Shown: positions 39,074 to 47,000, numbered from the stretch's first letter. The stretch: 52,957 bases of DNA from a virus (IMGVR_UViG_3300037478_000397:1-52957), one strand, 5' to 3'. Notes: a model not told the origin generated them from the sequence alone. Made by a program: numbers and translations.

Positions 39074-39102
39074 ATGGCCCCTCGAGCGCGCCGCTGGTGA
39101 AA

Positions 39103-39327
39103 TTACACTCCCGCGTACACGCCGCGGCGAAGCCGGTCAATTCGGCCGTCGCGGGCCAATTCGGCAAGCCGCACGCTCATTTGGGCTGCCGTGACGCGAT
39201 GCCCCCATGCGTTCAGCTTTCGGGTGAGTTCCCCTGCATTGATGCCGCGGTCGGCGGCAACCACCGTACCGATGATGATTGCTGTTAGCTCGCCGTGTTC
39301 GAGGGTAGGCTTGGTGGTCGTGGGCAT
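39103..39327 (-). CDS. Winged-HTH small protein
   Basis: RLAELARDGRIDRLRRGVY. Confidence 0.7.
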   Translation of the reverse strand: MPTTTKPTLEHGELTAIIIGTVVAADRGINAGELTRKLNAWGHRVTAAQMSVRLAELARDGRIDRLRRGVYAGV

Positions 39328-39369
39328 GGCTTGTTCTTTCGTGGTTTTGCGGCCTAGGCCGCGGAAAAG

Positions 39370-39600
39370 TTAGTCGTCACAGGGCTCGGCGTAACCGGAA
39401 CTCGACACGCATCCCCGCACCGTCAGATCAGCGACGATTGTGCCGTCGCTACGGATTTGGGTCGGGAGCGCGCGGTTGCCGTCCTCCATATGCGCCGGGT
39501 CTTGGCGCTCAGCGAGCCACCGTAGTGCTGCGTCCTTGCCAGTTACGTCTGCGGCGTCCTGTGGGCCTGTGCAGTAGTTCGTCCAACAGTGATATTTCAC
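39370..39600 (-). CDS. Hypothetical protein
   Basis: GAGGAGG RBS, GTG start, bounded by repeats. Confidence 0.65.
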   Translation of the reverse strand: MKYHCWTNYCTGPQDAADVTGKDAALRWLAERQDPAHMEDGNRALPTQIRSDGTIVADLTVRGCVSSSGYAEPCDD

Positions 39601-39641
39601 AATTTCCTCCTCGTTGGTGTTGCGGGCGGAGCCGCGGGGTA

Positions 39642-39818
39642 CTACATGCCGCAGTGTCGGATAACGCGGTCTCGCTCCTTGCCGTTGAGCGAAGCAAGGA
39701 TGCGGTCACTGGGGCGCCGCGTGCGTAGCCACGACTGGCTATACACGTCCCAGACTGTGACCGTGCCGTCGCGGTGGAATGTGGTGCTGTAGGCAGATTT
39801 GGTTTTCGTGGTCGTCAT
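39642..39818 (-). CDS. Hypothetical protein (58 aa, missing from the ORF track)
   Basis: MTTTKTKSAYSTTFHRDGTVTVWDVYSQSW...HCGM*; AAGGAG RBS; fits exactly between two repeats. Confidence 0.75.
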   Translation of the reverse strand: MTTTKTKSAYSTTFHRDGTVTVWDVYSQSWLRTRRPSDRILASLNGKERDRVIRHCGM

Positions 39819-39863
39819 GTTCTTCTCCTTCGTGGTTAGTTGCGGCTGGAGCCGCGGGGGTGG

Positions 39864-40175
39864 TTAGTTATTTTCTGGCGGCGCGTCGTTTAGTTGCGCC
39901 GGGTCGTCCAGCAAAAACGCACACAGCCAATCGGTGGGCGGGGTGAAGTCCATCGCCGACCCACCTGCGACCCACGCTAGGATGTCGCTGGCGATGCGTA
40001 GGTGATTCCACGCCACCAAATCTGAGTCCAGCTGCTCCGCGTCTTCGGTGGAAAGACTGTCGATAACGGCGTCAGCATCGGCATGATGGACGAACCAGGC
40101 TACCCGCGGCCCAAGTCGGTCTAGCTCGCTCTGTAGCAGTGCCAGGGCGGAATGGATTTCGCTGGGTGGTCGCAT
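39864..40175 (-). CDS. Acidic hypothetical protein
   Basis: AAGGA RBS; stop abuts a repeat. Confidence 0.7.
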   Translation of the reverse strand: MRPPSEIHSALALLQSELDRLGPRVAWFVHHADADAVIDSLSTEDAEQLDSDLVAWNHLRIASDILAWVAGGSAMDFTPPTDWLCAFLLDDPAQLNDAPPENN

Positions 40176-40258
40176 GGCTCATCCTTCGTGTTGTGCGGAC
40201 TTGGGACCGCTCGCCAACGTGGCGAGTGCATTAGCGCGGCTTTCGCCGCGCCCTCTGC

Positions 40259-40606
40259 TTAGTCGAGGCACTCAGCCGCCGATTCCTCGGCCGAATCCTC
40301 GGCCAAGCTCAGCGATTGCTCAAGGTACTCGCAGTCAATCCCGGCGTCTCGCGACCGCTGGCGGGCGTCGTCCACCGCGCCGCGAATCGACTCGCCACGC
40401 CCGATGGCCTCACGGCGCCCGTGCTCCTCGTCGTAGCCTTGGCAGGAGCCCCACGACTCGACGACGTGGCAGCGTAACTTGTCGCCGCGGGTGCTGACCA
40501 CGACATTCACGTCGCGGTACTGGTGACCGGGGACGTGGCCGTAGGCTTTGCCGGCCGACTCGCTGGCCAATTCTTCATGGCTCTTGGGGCAATATGCAGT
40601 TCTCAT
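40259..40606 (-). CDS. Hypothetical protein
   Basis: GGAGG RBS. Confidence 0.7.
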   Translation of the reverse strand: MRTAYCPKSHEELASESAGKAYGHVPGHQYRDVNVVVSTRGDKLRCHVVESWGSCQGYDEEHGRREAIGRGESIRGAVDDARQRSRDAGIDCEYLEQSLSLAEDSAEESAAECLD

Positions 40607-40704
40607 CGTTCTTACCTCCGCGGCTGTGATGGCTCGCCGTCAGCCGTCGCGATAGATCGGGTCGCGACTCCCGTGGTTACTTGCGGCCGGAGCCGCGGGG
40701 GTGG

Positions 40705-41079
40705 TTACGCTTTGACCTTAATAAGCAGGTCGCCGACTATCAGCACATCATGCGATTTTGCAGGTCCGTAGCCGATCTCCTCGGCTAGGTCCGTCCCAGT
40801 CGGTCGCTCCTGGCCGTTGACCTCGACGTCAGGTGGCGCTATATCCAGCCACAACATGCCACCCCGCACAGCCATCGTGCCACGAGCCTTGATCGTGTAG
40901 TCCCGGCCGTCGACAAAGGCCGTGCCATAAAGAGTGACTCCCTCCGGCGATGCAACTGGCGCGCTCCACGTGATGTCGTCGTCGTCGCAGTTATCCAGCG
41001 TGTAGACGACCTGTAGCTTCTTGGGGGCCAAAACCCTTGCGCTCAGTTCTTGGGCTGCCTTGTTGATTCTGTCCAGCAT
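40705..41079 (-). CDS. Hypothetical protein
   Basis: AAGGAG RBS; bounded by repeats. Confidence 0.7.
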   Translation of the reverse strand: MLDRINKAAQELSARVLAPKKLQVVYTLDNCDDDDITWSAPVASPEGVTLYGTAFVDGRDYTIKARGTMAVRGGMLWLDIAPPDVEVNGQERPTGTDLAEEIGYGPAKSHDVLIVGDLLIKVKA

Positions 41080-41359
41080 GGTCGTTTCTCCTTCGTGGTT
41101 ATCGCGGCCGGAGCCGCGGGGGTGGTTACTCCTGCAATGCGCAGGCCGTCGGGCATCAAATTAAACTCAGCACGGATTGACTGTGCTGAGCTCTGGCACG
41201 GTCATCCACGAGCCGCTTCAGAGCGCCGAACGTGATGTCCCGGCACGCGGGATGTCCCGCACAACTGAGACCTGCCAGCCAATACGAAAATGCTAGATAG
41301 TTGTCGCTGCAACAGTGGTTGTGTGCGGCCGGAGCCGCGGGGGAAAATCAGTAGGGCAG

Positions 41360-41620
41360 TTAGGTGGTCGACACGCCGGCCGCGCCCACCTCGTACTCCG
41401 CGCGCTCGCCATCGTCCTGCGTCTGCCACGCGGCAAAGTCGCCGGTGAATCCCTGATTCTCGACCGCGTACTTCCACGCGGCGTCATCGGGCAGGCTGGT
41501 CTCGCTAATCAGCACGCGGCCATGAACCATGTCGGCCTGGTCGACCGCGTCGCGATAGCTGGCGTGGGTGGAATGACTGGTCCAGCCACCGCCGATTGAT
41601 TTGACTTGCACTGTGAACAT
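41360..41620 (-). CDS. Acidic hypothetical protein
   Basis: AAGGA RBS within a repeat. Confidence 0.7.
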   Translation of the reverse strand: MFTVQVKSIGGGWTSHSTHASYRDAVDQADMVHGRVLISETSLPDDAAWKYAVENQGFTGDFAAWQTQDDGERAEYEVGAAGVSTT

Positions 41621-41664
41621 TTTCGTTTCCTTCGTGGTTGTGCGGCCGTGGCCGCGGGTGAAAA

Positions 41665-41865
41665 TCAGATGCCCAGACTACGGGCGGCCGCGTCGTCACC
41701 CGCCTTGGCTCGCTCCAGTTCCGCGAGCGCGGCCTCGCGTCCCCCACGCTCTGCCGCGGCGAGCACGGCGTCGGTGACGACTTCGGGGCAGCAAAGGTCT
41801 GCGGCGAGTACCGCGGTAACGAGATCTTCACGGAGGGTTTCGGTTAGTTTGGTCGTGGTGGTCAT
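41665..41865 (-). CDS. Hypothetical protein, first gene of the leftward array
   Basis: AAGGAG RBS; MTTTTK start resembles the 39818 gene. Confidence 0.7.
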   Translation of the reverse strand: MTTTTKLTETLREDLVTAVLAADLCCPEVVTDAVLAAAERGGREAALAELERAKAGDDAAARSLGI

Positions 41866-41917
41866 TGTTCTTCTCCTTGTGTTGTGCGGGTTCGTTGTCT
41901 CTTTGCCTTATGCCCTG

Positions 41918-41945
41918 ATTATACTTATTTCGTCTACAGAAACAA
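41918..41945 (-). promoter_or_regulatory. Leftward sigma70-type promoter
   Basis: TTGTTT-N16-TATAAT. Confidence 0.6.
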
Positions 41946-41989
41946 TAGCTTGGGGAGAAAATCCGGTAATTTTCCCGGAAATATTTCCG

Positions 41990-42018
41990 TTGACAGAAAC
42001 GCTTACCGGGTATAGACT
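41990..42018 (+). promoter_or_regulatory. Rightward sigma70-type promoter (leaderless mRNA)
   Basis: TTGACA-N17-TAGACT, ATG 7 nt downstream. Confidence 0.7.
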
Positions 42019-42024
42019 TACGGT

Positions 42025-42240
42025 ATGAGCACCGCCAAACCACGCAAGAAACGCCGAAAGAAAGGCTGGCAACGTCCTGGCCCCGGCCGTCCAGCGGCGG
42101 GAGCGGAGCCGGCTACGATCCTGATTTCCGCCCGCCTTGGCGAGACATTAGCGAGCCGATTGGCGCAAGACGCCGCAAAGCGGGGCGTTACCGTCGGACA
42201 ACGGATTAGAGAAATTATTGAAGAACACTGCGCGACATGA
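42025..42240 (+). CDS. Ribbon-helix-helix-like regulator
   Basis: GPGRP basic arm; ISARL..TL..RL...A.KRGVT.G..IREIIE. Confidence 0.7.
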   Translation: MSTAKPRKKRRKKGWQRPGPGRPAAGAEPATILISARLGETLASRLAQDAAKRGVTVGQRIREIIEEHCAT

Positions 42241-42785
42241 ATACGCCAACTCGCATCACAAACTCCAGGTATTCGCCAACTGGCACCCAAACAATCTACG
42301 GCCTGTACTGCCCTATATTTGCAGAGCCGCGTTATGTCGGGCACGCGCGGAATATCGGCGCGCGATATCGACAGCATACCGTACCTATCTACGATAACGC
42401 GCCAAGAACTCTTAAGACTTTATGGGTAATGTGGCTCCGTCTTGTGCATGACGTGAAGCCGCGTATGCGACCGATAGATTCCGCTACGACTTCGCTCGCA
42501 CTTGCGACAGAACGAGCACGAATCGATGAGTTGCTCGCGATGCGTTTTCCGCTCATCAATAGCGGAACATGGAGGCTTGTTGTCGCAGCACACGAAGTGC
42601 CGCGATATGTTGCAGATGCAATGACATTAGCTGTCGAGACGACGGTAAACGCATGGAATCTAGGAGCCGAGTATCGAAGTGCCGAAACACGTCGGTATTT
42701 ACACCTCATCGCGGATATATCGCAGGAGTTTCCCGTATTTACGAGACTCTTTCCGTTGCGGCATGGCCCTTGGAGTATGCGTTAG
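42237..42785 (+). CDS. GIY-YIG nuclease-family protein
   Basis: TIYGLY...RYVG...R..QH...E...I...N. Confidence 0.75.
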   Translation: MNTPTRITNSRYSPTGTQTIYGLYCPIFAEPRYVGHARNIGARYRQHTVPIYDNAPRTLKTLWVMWLRLVHDVKPRMRPIDSATTSLALATERARIDELLAMRFPLINSGTWRLVVAAHEVPRYVADAMTLAVETTVNAWNLGAEYRSAETRRYLHLIADISQEFPVFTRLFPLRHGPWSMR

Positions 42786-42792
42786 GGAACCC

Positions 42793-43320
42793 CTATTTCC
42801 GCTCCCCCGGTTCAACCCACCCGCCGCATCGCGCCAGAAAATCCCGTTCTTCCGGCGTCTCGATTACCGTGTTATCACTGGCCCACAGCCGGCAGTCGCG
42901 GACAAACAAGCCGGGTTCGAGCCGGCCGCCGACGCTACGCGACGTGACGCAAGCCTTGCTGTACGCTGCGGGCCCAGTCCGAAGCGCGAAGCACACGCCC
43001 CAGCGCTCGGGATCCGTAACGAACAAGTCAACCTGAATGCCGGGGTCCGCAAGCCAAAACGCTTTGTATCGCGGCCCGTCTTTCGTCGGCCGGAGAATCG
43101 TGCCGTCCGCGACCAAGCCGTCAACCGTCGCGTCCAGCATCGAATCCATCGGCTGGCCCAGCAAGTCGAGCGTGTAGCGGGGGATGGCTACGAGTTCGAT
43201 ATCCTTTACGGTCGCCTTGCCGCGGCGCAGCGACCCCGCAATTTCTATCCGCTCGCAGGCGGGCGCCAGCAGGTCGCGCAGTTGTTCGGCGGCGGCGAGG
43301 GCGGTTGCTAGGGAGTGCAT
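42793..43320 (-). CDS. Minimal family X DNA polymerase/nucleotidyltransferase
   Basis: AGSLRRGK.TVKDIE, VDLF, RTGP, TPEE.DF...WVEP..R. Confidence 0.85.
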   Translation of the reverse strand: MHSLATALAAAEQLRDLLAPACERIEIAGSLRRGKATVKDIELVAIPRYTLDLLGQPMDSMLDATVDGLVADGTILRPTKDGPRYKAFWLADPGIQVDLFVTDPERWGVCFALRTGPAAYSKACVTSRSVGGRLEPGLFVRDCRLWASDNTVIETPEERDFLARCGGWVEPGERK

Positions 43321-43321
43321 G

Positions 43322-43852
43322 TCAGTTGCTCTCCATTCGATCGTTATGCTCCGCCATATCACGCGCAAGCGCCCGCAGTTCGTCGGCCGCCGCTTTGATG
43401 CGCGGCGTGAAACCGTTGGGCTCGATCCAGTCAAGTATCCGCACGGCGAGCCATAGCGCGGTCTCGGCGGCGATGGAGTCGCGCAGGGCGGCGGCGTTGG
43501 GCGAAGGCGGTGGGTCGGGCGGAATTGGCGTCGCCTGCGGGTAGCGCCACGCGAGAATTTCCTCTTCCTTCAACGTCCATTCGTCGGGCAGTTTCCAGAC
43601 GACATCGTGGACGAAAACGTGCCACTTGCCTCTGGCAACGCTGGCGTCTATCGCGTCGGCCAGCAACGCCACGGCCAACTGTGACGCGCCACGGTTGCCG
43701 TCCTTCCCCCAGTCGAAAGTTATGGCGAACGAAAACAGATCGTAGCGCGGGACAAGCGGCCGCACGGATGGCGACATTTCCGGGACAAGGGGAGTCAGGA
43801 CTTCGACGTGCTTCAGGCCATCGTCGCCGCGGTAGCCGCGGTAGGTTTTCAT
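43322..43852 (-). CDS. DUF6166-like protein
   Basis: L.PRYDL...FDWG...G.SQLA.ALLAD...VV..LP..W. Confidence 0.7.
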   Translation of the reverse strand: MKTYRGYRGDDGLKHVEVLTPLVPEMSPSVRPLVPRYDLFSFAITFDWGKDGNRGASQLAVALLADAIDASVARGKWHVFVHDVVWKLPDEWTLKEEEILAWRYPQATPIPPDPPPSPNAAALRDSIAAETALWLAVRILDWIEPNGFTPRIKAAADELRALARDMAEHNDRMESN

Positions 43853-43930
43853 GATTCGTTCCTCCAAAATAAAAATGGCAGCCCGACCGCGCCTTGGGTG
43901 GGGGAGGGTGGTCGCGGCCGGGCCGCCGAA

Positions 43931-44113
43931 TCAAAACAGAATCTCGTCCGTGTCGGCGATTAGCGAGACGTTTTTGGGGTCGCCCACCGACTCTAGGTCG
44001 TCAACGTTGCTTATCTTCGCCTTCCACCGCTCGACCGCCTGTTGCCAGTTCTCGGCCAACACGTACAGGGGGCAATCGGGATGTTGCACGAGAAACAGCT
44101 TGCGGTTTTCCAT
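43931..44113 (-). CDS. Hypothetical protein
   Basis: AAGGA RBS. Confidence 0.6.
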   Translation of the reverse strand: MENRKLFLVQHPDCPLYVLAENWQQAVERWKAKISNVDDLESVGDPKNVSLIADTDEILF

Positions 44114-44424
44114 GGGGTTTCCTTTCAGGTTTGTTTCGCCAAGTTATCGCGTTTCGACCCCGGCGTCTTCTAGAATGTCTCGAAACGTCGGTTCAAAATC
44201 TTCTCTGCTCTGGACGTAGCAACACCTGCAAATGTGATTCGTAAGTTCCTCAGCGATAGTGCGGTCTGGATCAAAGTCGATGGCAACCGCCGCTGCATTC
44301 CGGCAGCGTACCGCAACCGGGCATCCGTTGACCGTTTTTATGCATCGCACCATCTCACACGGCACTTCCCGCACGGTGATTAGTGCGTAGGTTCTCTTGC
44401 TGCCGTTTCGACGTATCGCAGTGA

Positions 44425-44676
44425 TCACGTTGTCTGCTCCGCGAGCACGCCAGCCACGTCCGCCGGCTCGGATTCCATGGCAGCGGCAACGCGGTCGTCC
44501 CACAAAGTAAGAGCCTTGCTCAGTGCGTCGCAAAGACGTTGGGCTTCGTCGCGCTGGATATTGATAACAATATCCTCAACAGTAATGACCAAGAACGTTC
44601 CGTTCGGGCGACCTTCCCGCGCGGCGGCTAGATTGTGGTGGACGTCGGTGAACGATTGGATTAGATGGATTTGCAT
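44425..44676 (-). CDS. Hypothetical protein
   Basis: GGGAG RBS before MQIHL. Confidence 0.55.
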   Translation of the reverse strand: MQIHLIQSFTDVHHNLAAAREGRPNGTFLVITVEDIVINIQRDEAQRLCDALSKALTLWDDRVAAAMESEPADVAGVLAEQTT

Positions 44677-44719
44677 GGTTTTCTCCCGGCGGCTGAACCG
44701 CCGCAACGTAGGGTCAGGG

Positions 44720-45163
44720 TTAGACAGTCTGCTCTTTCAACGCCGCGGCGTGTTCCAATTCTTCCCGCGCGCCGGCAATGTCGACCGCGCTGGCATTCTT
44801 CAGTTCTTCGGCCTTCGCGGCGTCTTGTCGCTTGCGGCCTTCGATTGCGCGAAGCAGGTTGATCGTCGCGGCCTCAATCGTCGGCGCGGCATCGCCCCTC
44901 GTGTACGGGTTGCAAATCAGGCTCACGCGATAGGTGGCTTCGCCGTCCGATTGGTATGTCACGTCGACTTCGTAGTTGCCGGCACCAAATCGCTTTGTCA
45001 TCGCGGAGCGCTCGGCGGCTAGCGGTTCATCGTCGCCGGCCAACACGGTTTCCAGGTCGCTGACACGCTCGGCGAGCCGGGCGCACTCCGCCGGCCAGTC
45101 GACCGGGGTGTCGTGGACGGTGGCTAGGATTTGCAGTTGCTTCGCAGTTAAAGGCTTGTTCAT
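44720..45163 (-). CDS. Hypothetical protein
   Basis: GGAGG RBS; LTAKQLQIL start. Confidence 0.65.
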   Translation of the reverse strand: MNKPLTAKQLQILATVHDTPVDWPAECARLAERVSDLETVLAGDDEPLAAERSAMTKRFGAGNYEVDVTYQSDGEATYRVSLICNPYTRGDAAPTIEAATINLLRAIEGRKRQDAAKAEELKNASAVDIAGAREELEHAAALKEQTV

Positions 45164-45430
45164 CAGTCGTCCTCCTGCCGCAGCGCGGCGTGATAAGTGG
45201 TGAAAAGTTACGCATCAACAAACTTATCGCCGTCCCCCTTTCGCCATCGCTCGCTTATGAGCCTCCCCGTCCTCGTGGTTGGGGCCGCGGATTTTCAGGC
45301 GGCAGACGGGGCATCGCGGGCGGCGCGGCTTGGCGGGTTTAGACATAGAATCCCCTCCCTTCGCGGAAGGCGACTCGCGGCAGAGCGCCGCAGATGTCGC
45401 CGATGAACTAAACACTTATGTTCGGAAAAA

Positions 45431-45495
45431 ACCTCGCCTTGCCTTGCCCGGCCCAGCCAAGCCCCGCCCAGCCAAGCCTCGCCCCGCCGTGCCTT
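45431..45495 (-). ncRNA. NN-GGY pentamer array 3 (13 units), putative guide RNA
   Basis: TCAAC-(NNGGC)12-GAGGT-TTTTT, starting 8 nt after the RAMP stop codon; the repeat is seen directly, RNA function is inferred. Confidence 0.75.
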
Positions 45496-45503
45496 GTTGA
45501 TTC

Positions 45504-46118
45504 CTACTCCACTTTGAACCGTCCGAAGCCGCCACCCTTTTCCGGCCGGTAGTCACCGATGCCCACCGTCCGCCCAGCCAGCGCCAGCGCGTCGCGAATC
45601 TGTTGCGCGGTGATAAGCCCCGCGTCAAAATCCATGGCAACATCCATCTTCCATTCGGCCCAACACGGGCGACAGCGAAGGATGCGAGCCTTGCCCACGA
45701 CGCACGGCTGCCGGTCAACGGCGTACTTCGTGGCCGGCTTGCCGCTGGCGTCGAGGATGACGCAATGCGGCTCTGCGATGAACACCGCGCTCTTGATGGC
45801 GTTGGTGGCCGTCACTTTGCCGAACTTCCTGCCAGTCACGGCGCGAACCATCGCTTTGATGAACGCCTGCGCCGGGTGGTAGTACGCGCCGTCGTTGTCC
45901 TTGTAGACGCGCATCTCGGCCTCTTTCGCATCGTCGTAGGTTTTCTTCGTGCCGAGGACGTCGGCTTCAACGACGCCGATGAAATTGGCCGGATTGTTTT
46001 GCAGCAGCGGAGAGATTCCGACCACGCGAAAGACGATGATTTCCTGTAGCATCGACGCCGGCGCATCGAGGTGCGCCGCGACGCGGTTGTTGCTGTCCGA
46101 TTTCGTTTTCGTCGCCAT
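45504..46118 (-). CDS. Stand-alone Cas7/RAMP-like protein (204 aa)
   Basis: VVGISPLLQ first strand, HPAQAFIKAM helix, R.RP...W, C-terminal G-loop GIGDYRPEKGGGFGRF; the longer 267-aa ORF only reads through the arrays. Confidence 0.8.
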   Translation of the reverse strand: MATKTKSDSNNRVAAHLDAPASMLQEIIVFRVVGISPLLQNNPANFIGVVEADVLGTKKTYDDAKEAEMRVYKDNDGAYYHPAQAFIKAMVRAVTGRKFGKVTATNAIKSAVFIAEPHCVILDASGKPATKYAVDRQPCVVGKARILRCRPCWAEWKMDVAMDFDAGLITAQQIRDALALAGRTVGIGDYRPEKGGGFGRFKVE

Positions 46119-46154
46119 GATTCGATTGCCTTTGTGAAAGGGAGAAATTGAAAA

Positions 46155-46199
46155 ACCTTGCCTTGCCTGGCCGTGCCCCGCCCTGCCTGGCCGTGCCAC
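46155..46199 (-). ncRNA. NN-GGY pentamer array 2 (9 units), putative guide RNA
   Basis: CCAAC-(NNGGC)8-AAGGT-TTTT. Confidence 0.75.
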
Positions 46200-46227
46200 G
46201 TTGGCTTGTGCGTCTCTGTTCAATAAA

Positions 46228-46327
46228 ACCTTGCCTTGCCGCGCCTTGCCTCGCCCCGCCAAGCCAAGCCTCGCCGCGCCGCGCCTCGCCACGCCATGCC
46301 GGGCCATGCCCGGCCCAGCCGCGCCGG
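46228..46327 (-). ncRNA. NN-GGY pentamer array 1 (20 units), putative guide RNA
   Basis: TCAAC-(NNGGC)19-AAGGT-TTT. Confidence 0.75.
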
Positions 46328-46337
46328 GTTGACACCC

Positions 46338-47000
46338 TTACGCCTGAACCAACAATTCTTCCAACAGCCCATGCAGAACAAGCAGACGCTCCAGCAGCTT
46401 CTCATCGTCCTTGTCCAACAACTTCGCTTCGATCAAGTCGATCAACTGGTTGGCGTAAAACACTTGGTTCATGCCGCTTGACCGCTCGTTGGCCGATTCC
46501 TGCCGCTTGTTCAGCTTGCGACCCGCCATGTGGCGAAACGTCCGCTTGATGGGAATGGTCAAGCCACCGGAATCCTTCGCCGTCCTTGTCGTGTGCAACG
46601 CCGCCAACTTGTCGACCGGCATGTTGAGTGCGCCCGCTACAGCATCCAGCGGAATACTCAATCGCTCCGCAATGATGGTGCAACGGGCACGGTCAAAAGG
46701 GTCGAGTTTTGCTCCGTGCGCACCGTTGTATCTGACGGCATCCAGGAACATCGCCGCATCGTCCTTGTAGCTTTTCTCGACAACGGCGACTTCGGCATCA
46801 TCGCCAAACGTCTGCAAGTGCGCCTTGCGACGATGGAACCCGTCGATCACCCGCTTGGATTTCTTGTCGATGACAATTGGCGGCAGTTCCGCCCCCGCTT
46901 CCAGGGCATTGCACAGATTCTTGACGTTGTGCGCGTCGATGTTGCCCCGTGGGTAAAGGTCGAAATCCAGGACCAATTCCACGGCCTTCATGGTCTTCAT
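46338..47000 (-). CDS. ParB/Srx N-terminal domain protein
   Basis: LYPR, LPPIVID, VIDGFHR, N..HG..L; GGAG RBS. Confidence 0.85.
   Translation of the reverse strand: MKTMKAVELVLDFDLYPRGNIDAHNVKNLCNALEAGAELPPIVIDKKSKRVIDGFHRRKAHLQTFGDDAEVAVVEKSYKDDAAMFLDAVRYNGAHGAKLDPFDRARCTIIAERLSIPLDAVAGALNMPVDKLAALHTTRTAKDSGGLTIPIKRTFRHMAGRKLNKRQESANERSSGMNQVFYANQLIDLIEAKLLDKDDEKLLERLLVLHGLLEELLVQA

Larger units (their letters stand above)
39335..41667 (-). repeat. Seven dispersed intergenic hairpin+RBS elements
   Basis: Minus-strand consensus stop-CCACCCCC-GCGGC(TCCG)GCCGC-A..AACCACGAAGGAG-ATG near 39340, 39620, 39830, 40672, 41092, 41315 and 41632. Confidence 0.88.

Noticed and set aside
39335-41667. Integron attC sites
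   Set aside because: No inverted RYYYAAC/GTTRRRY pair, elements too short, and the integrase shows no IntI-specific insertion that I can see
46119-46335. Arg/Gly/Ala-rich ORFs over the pentamer arrays (N-terminal extension of the 267-aa ORF; 45967-46335; 46148-46549)
   Set aside because: A 5-nt period that rarely forms stops gives spurious open frames on both strands; the RAMP domain starts at 46118
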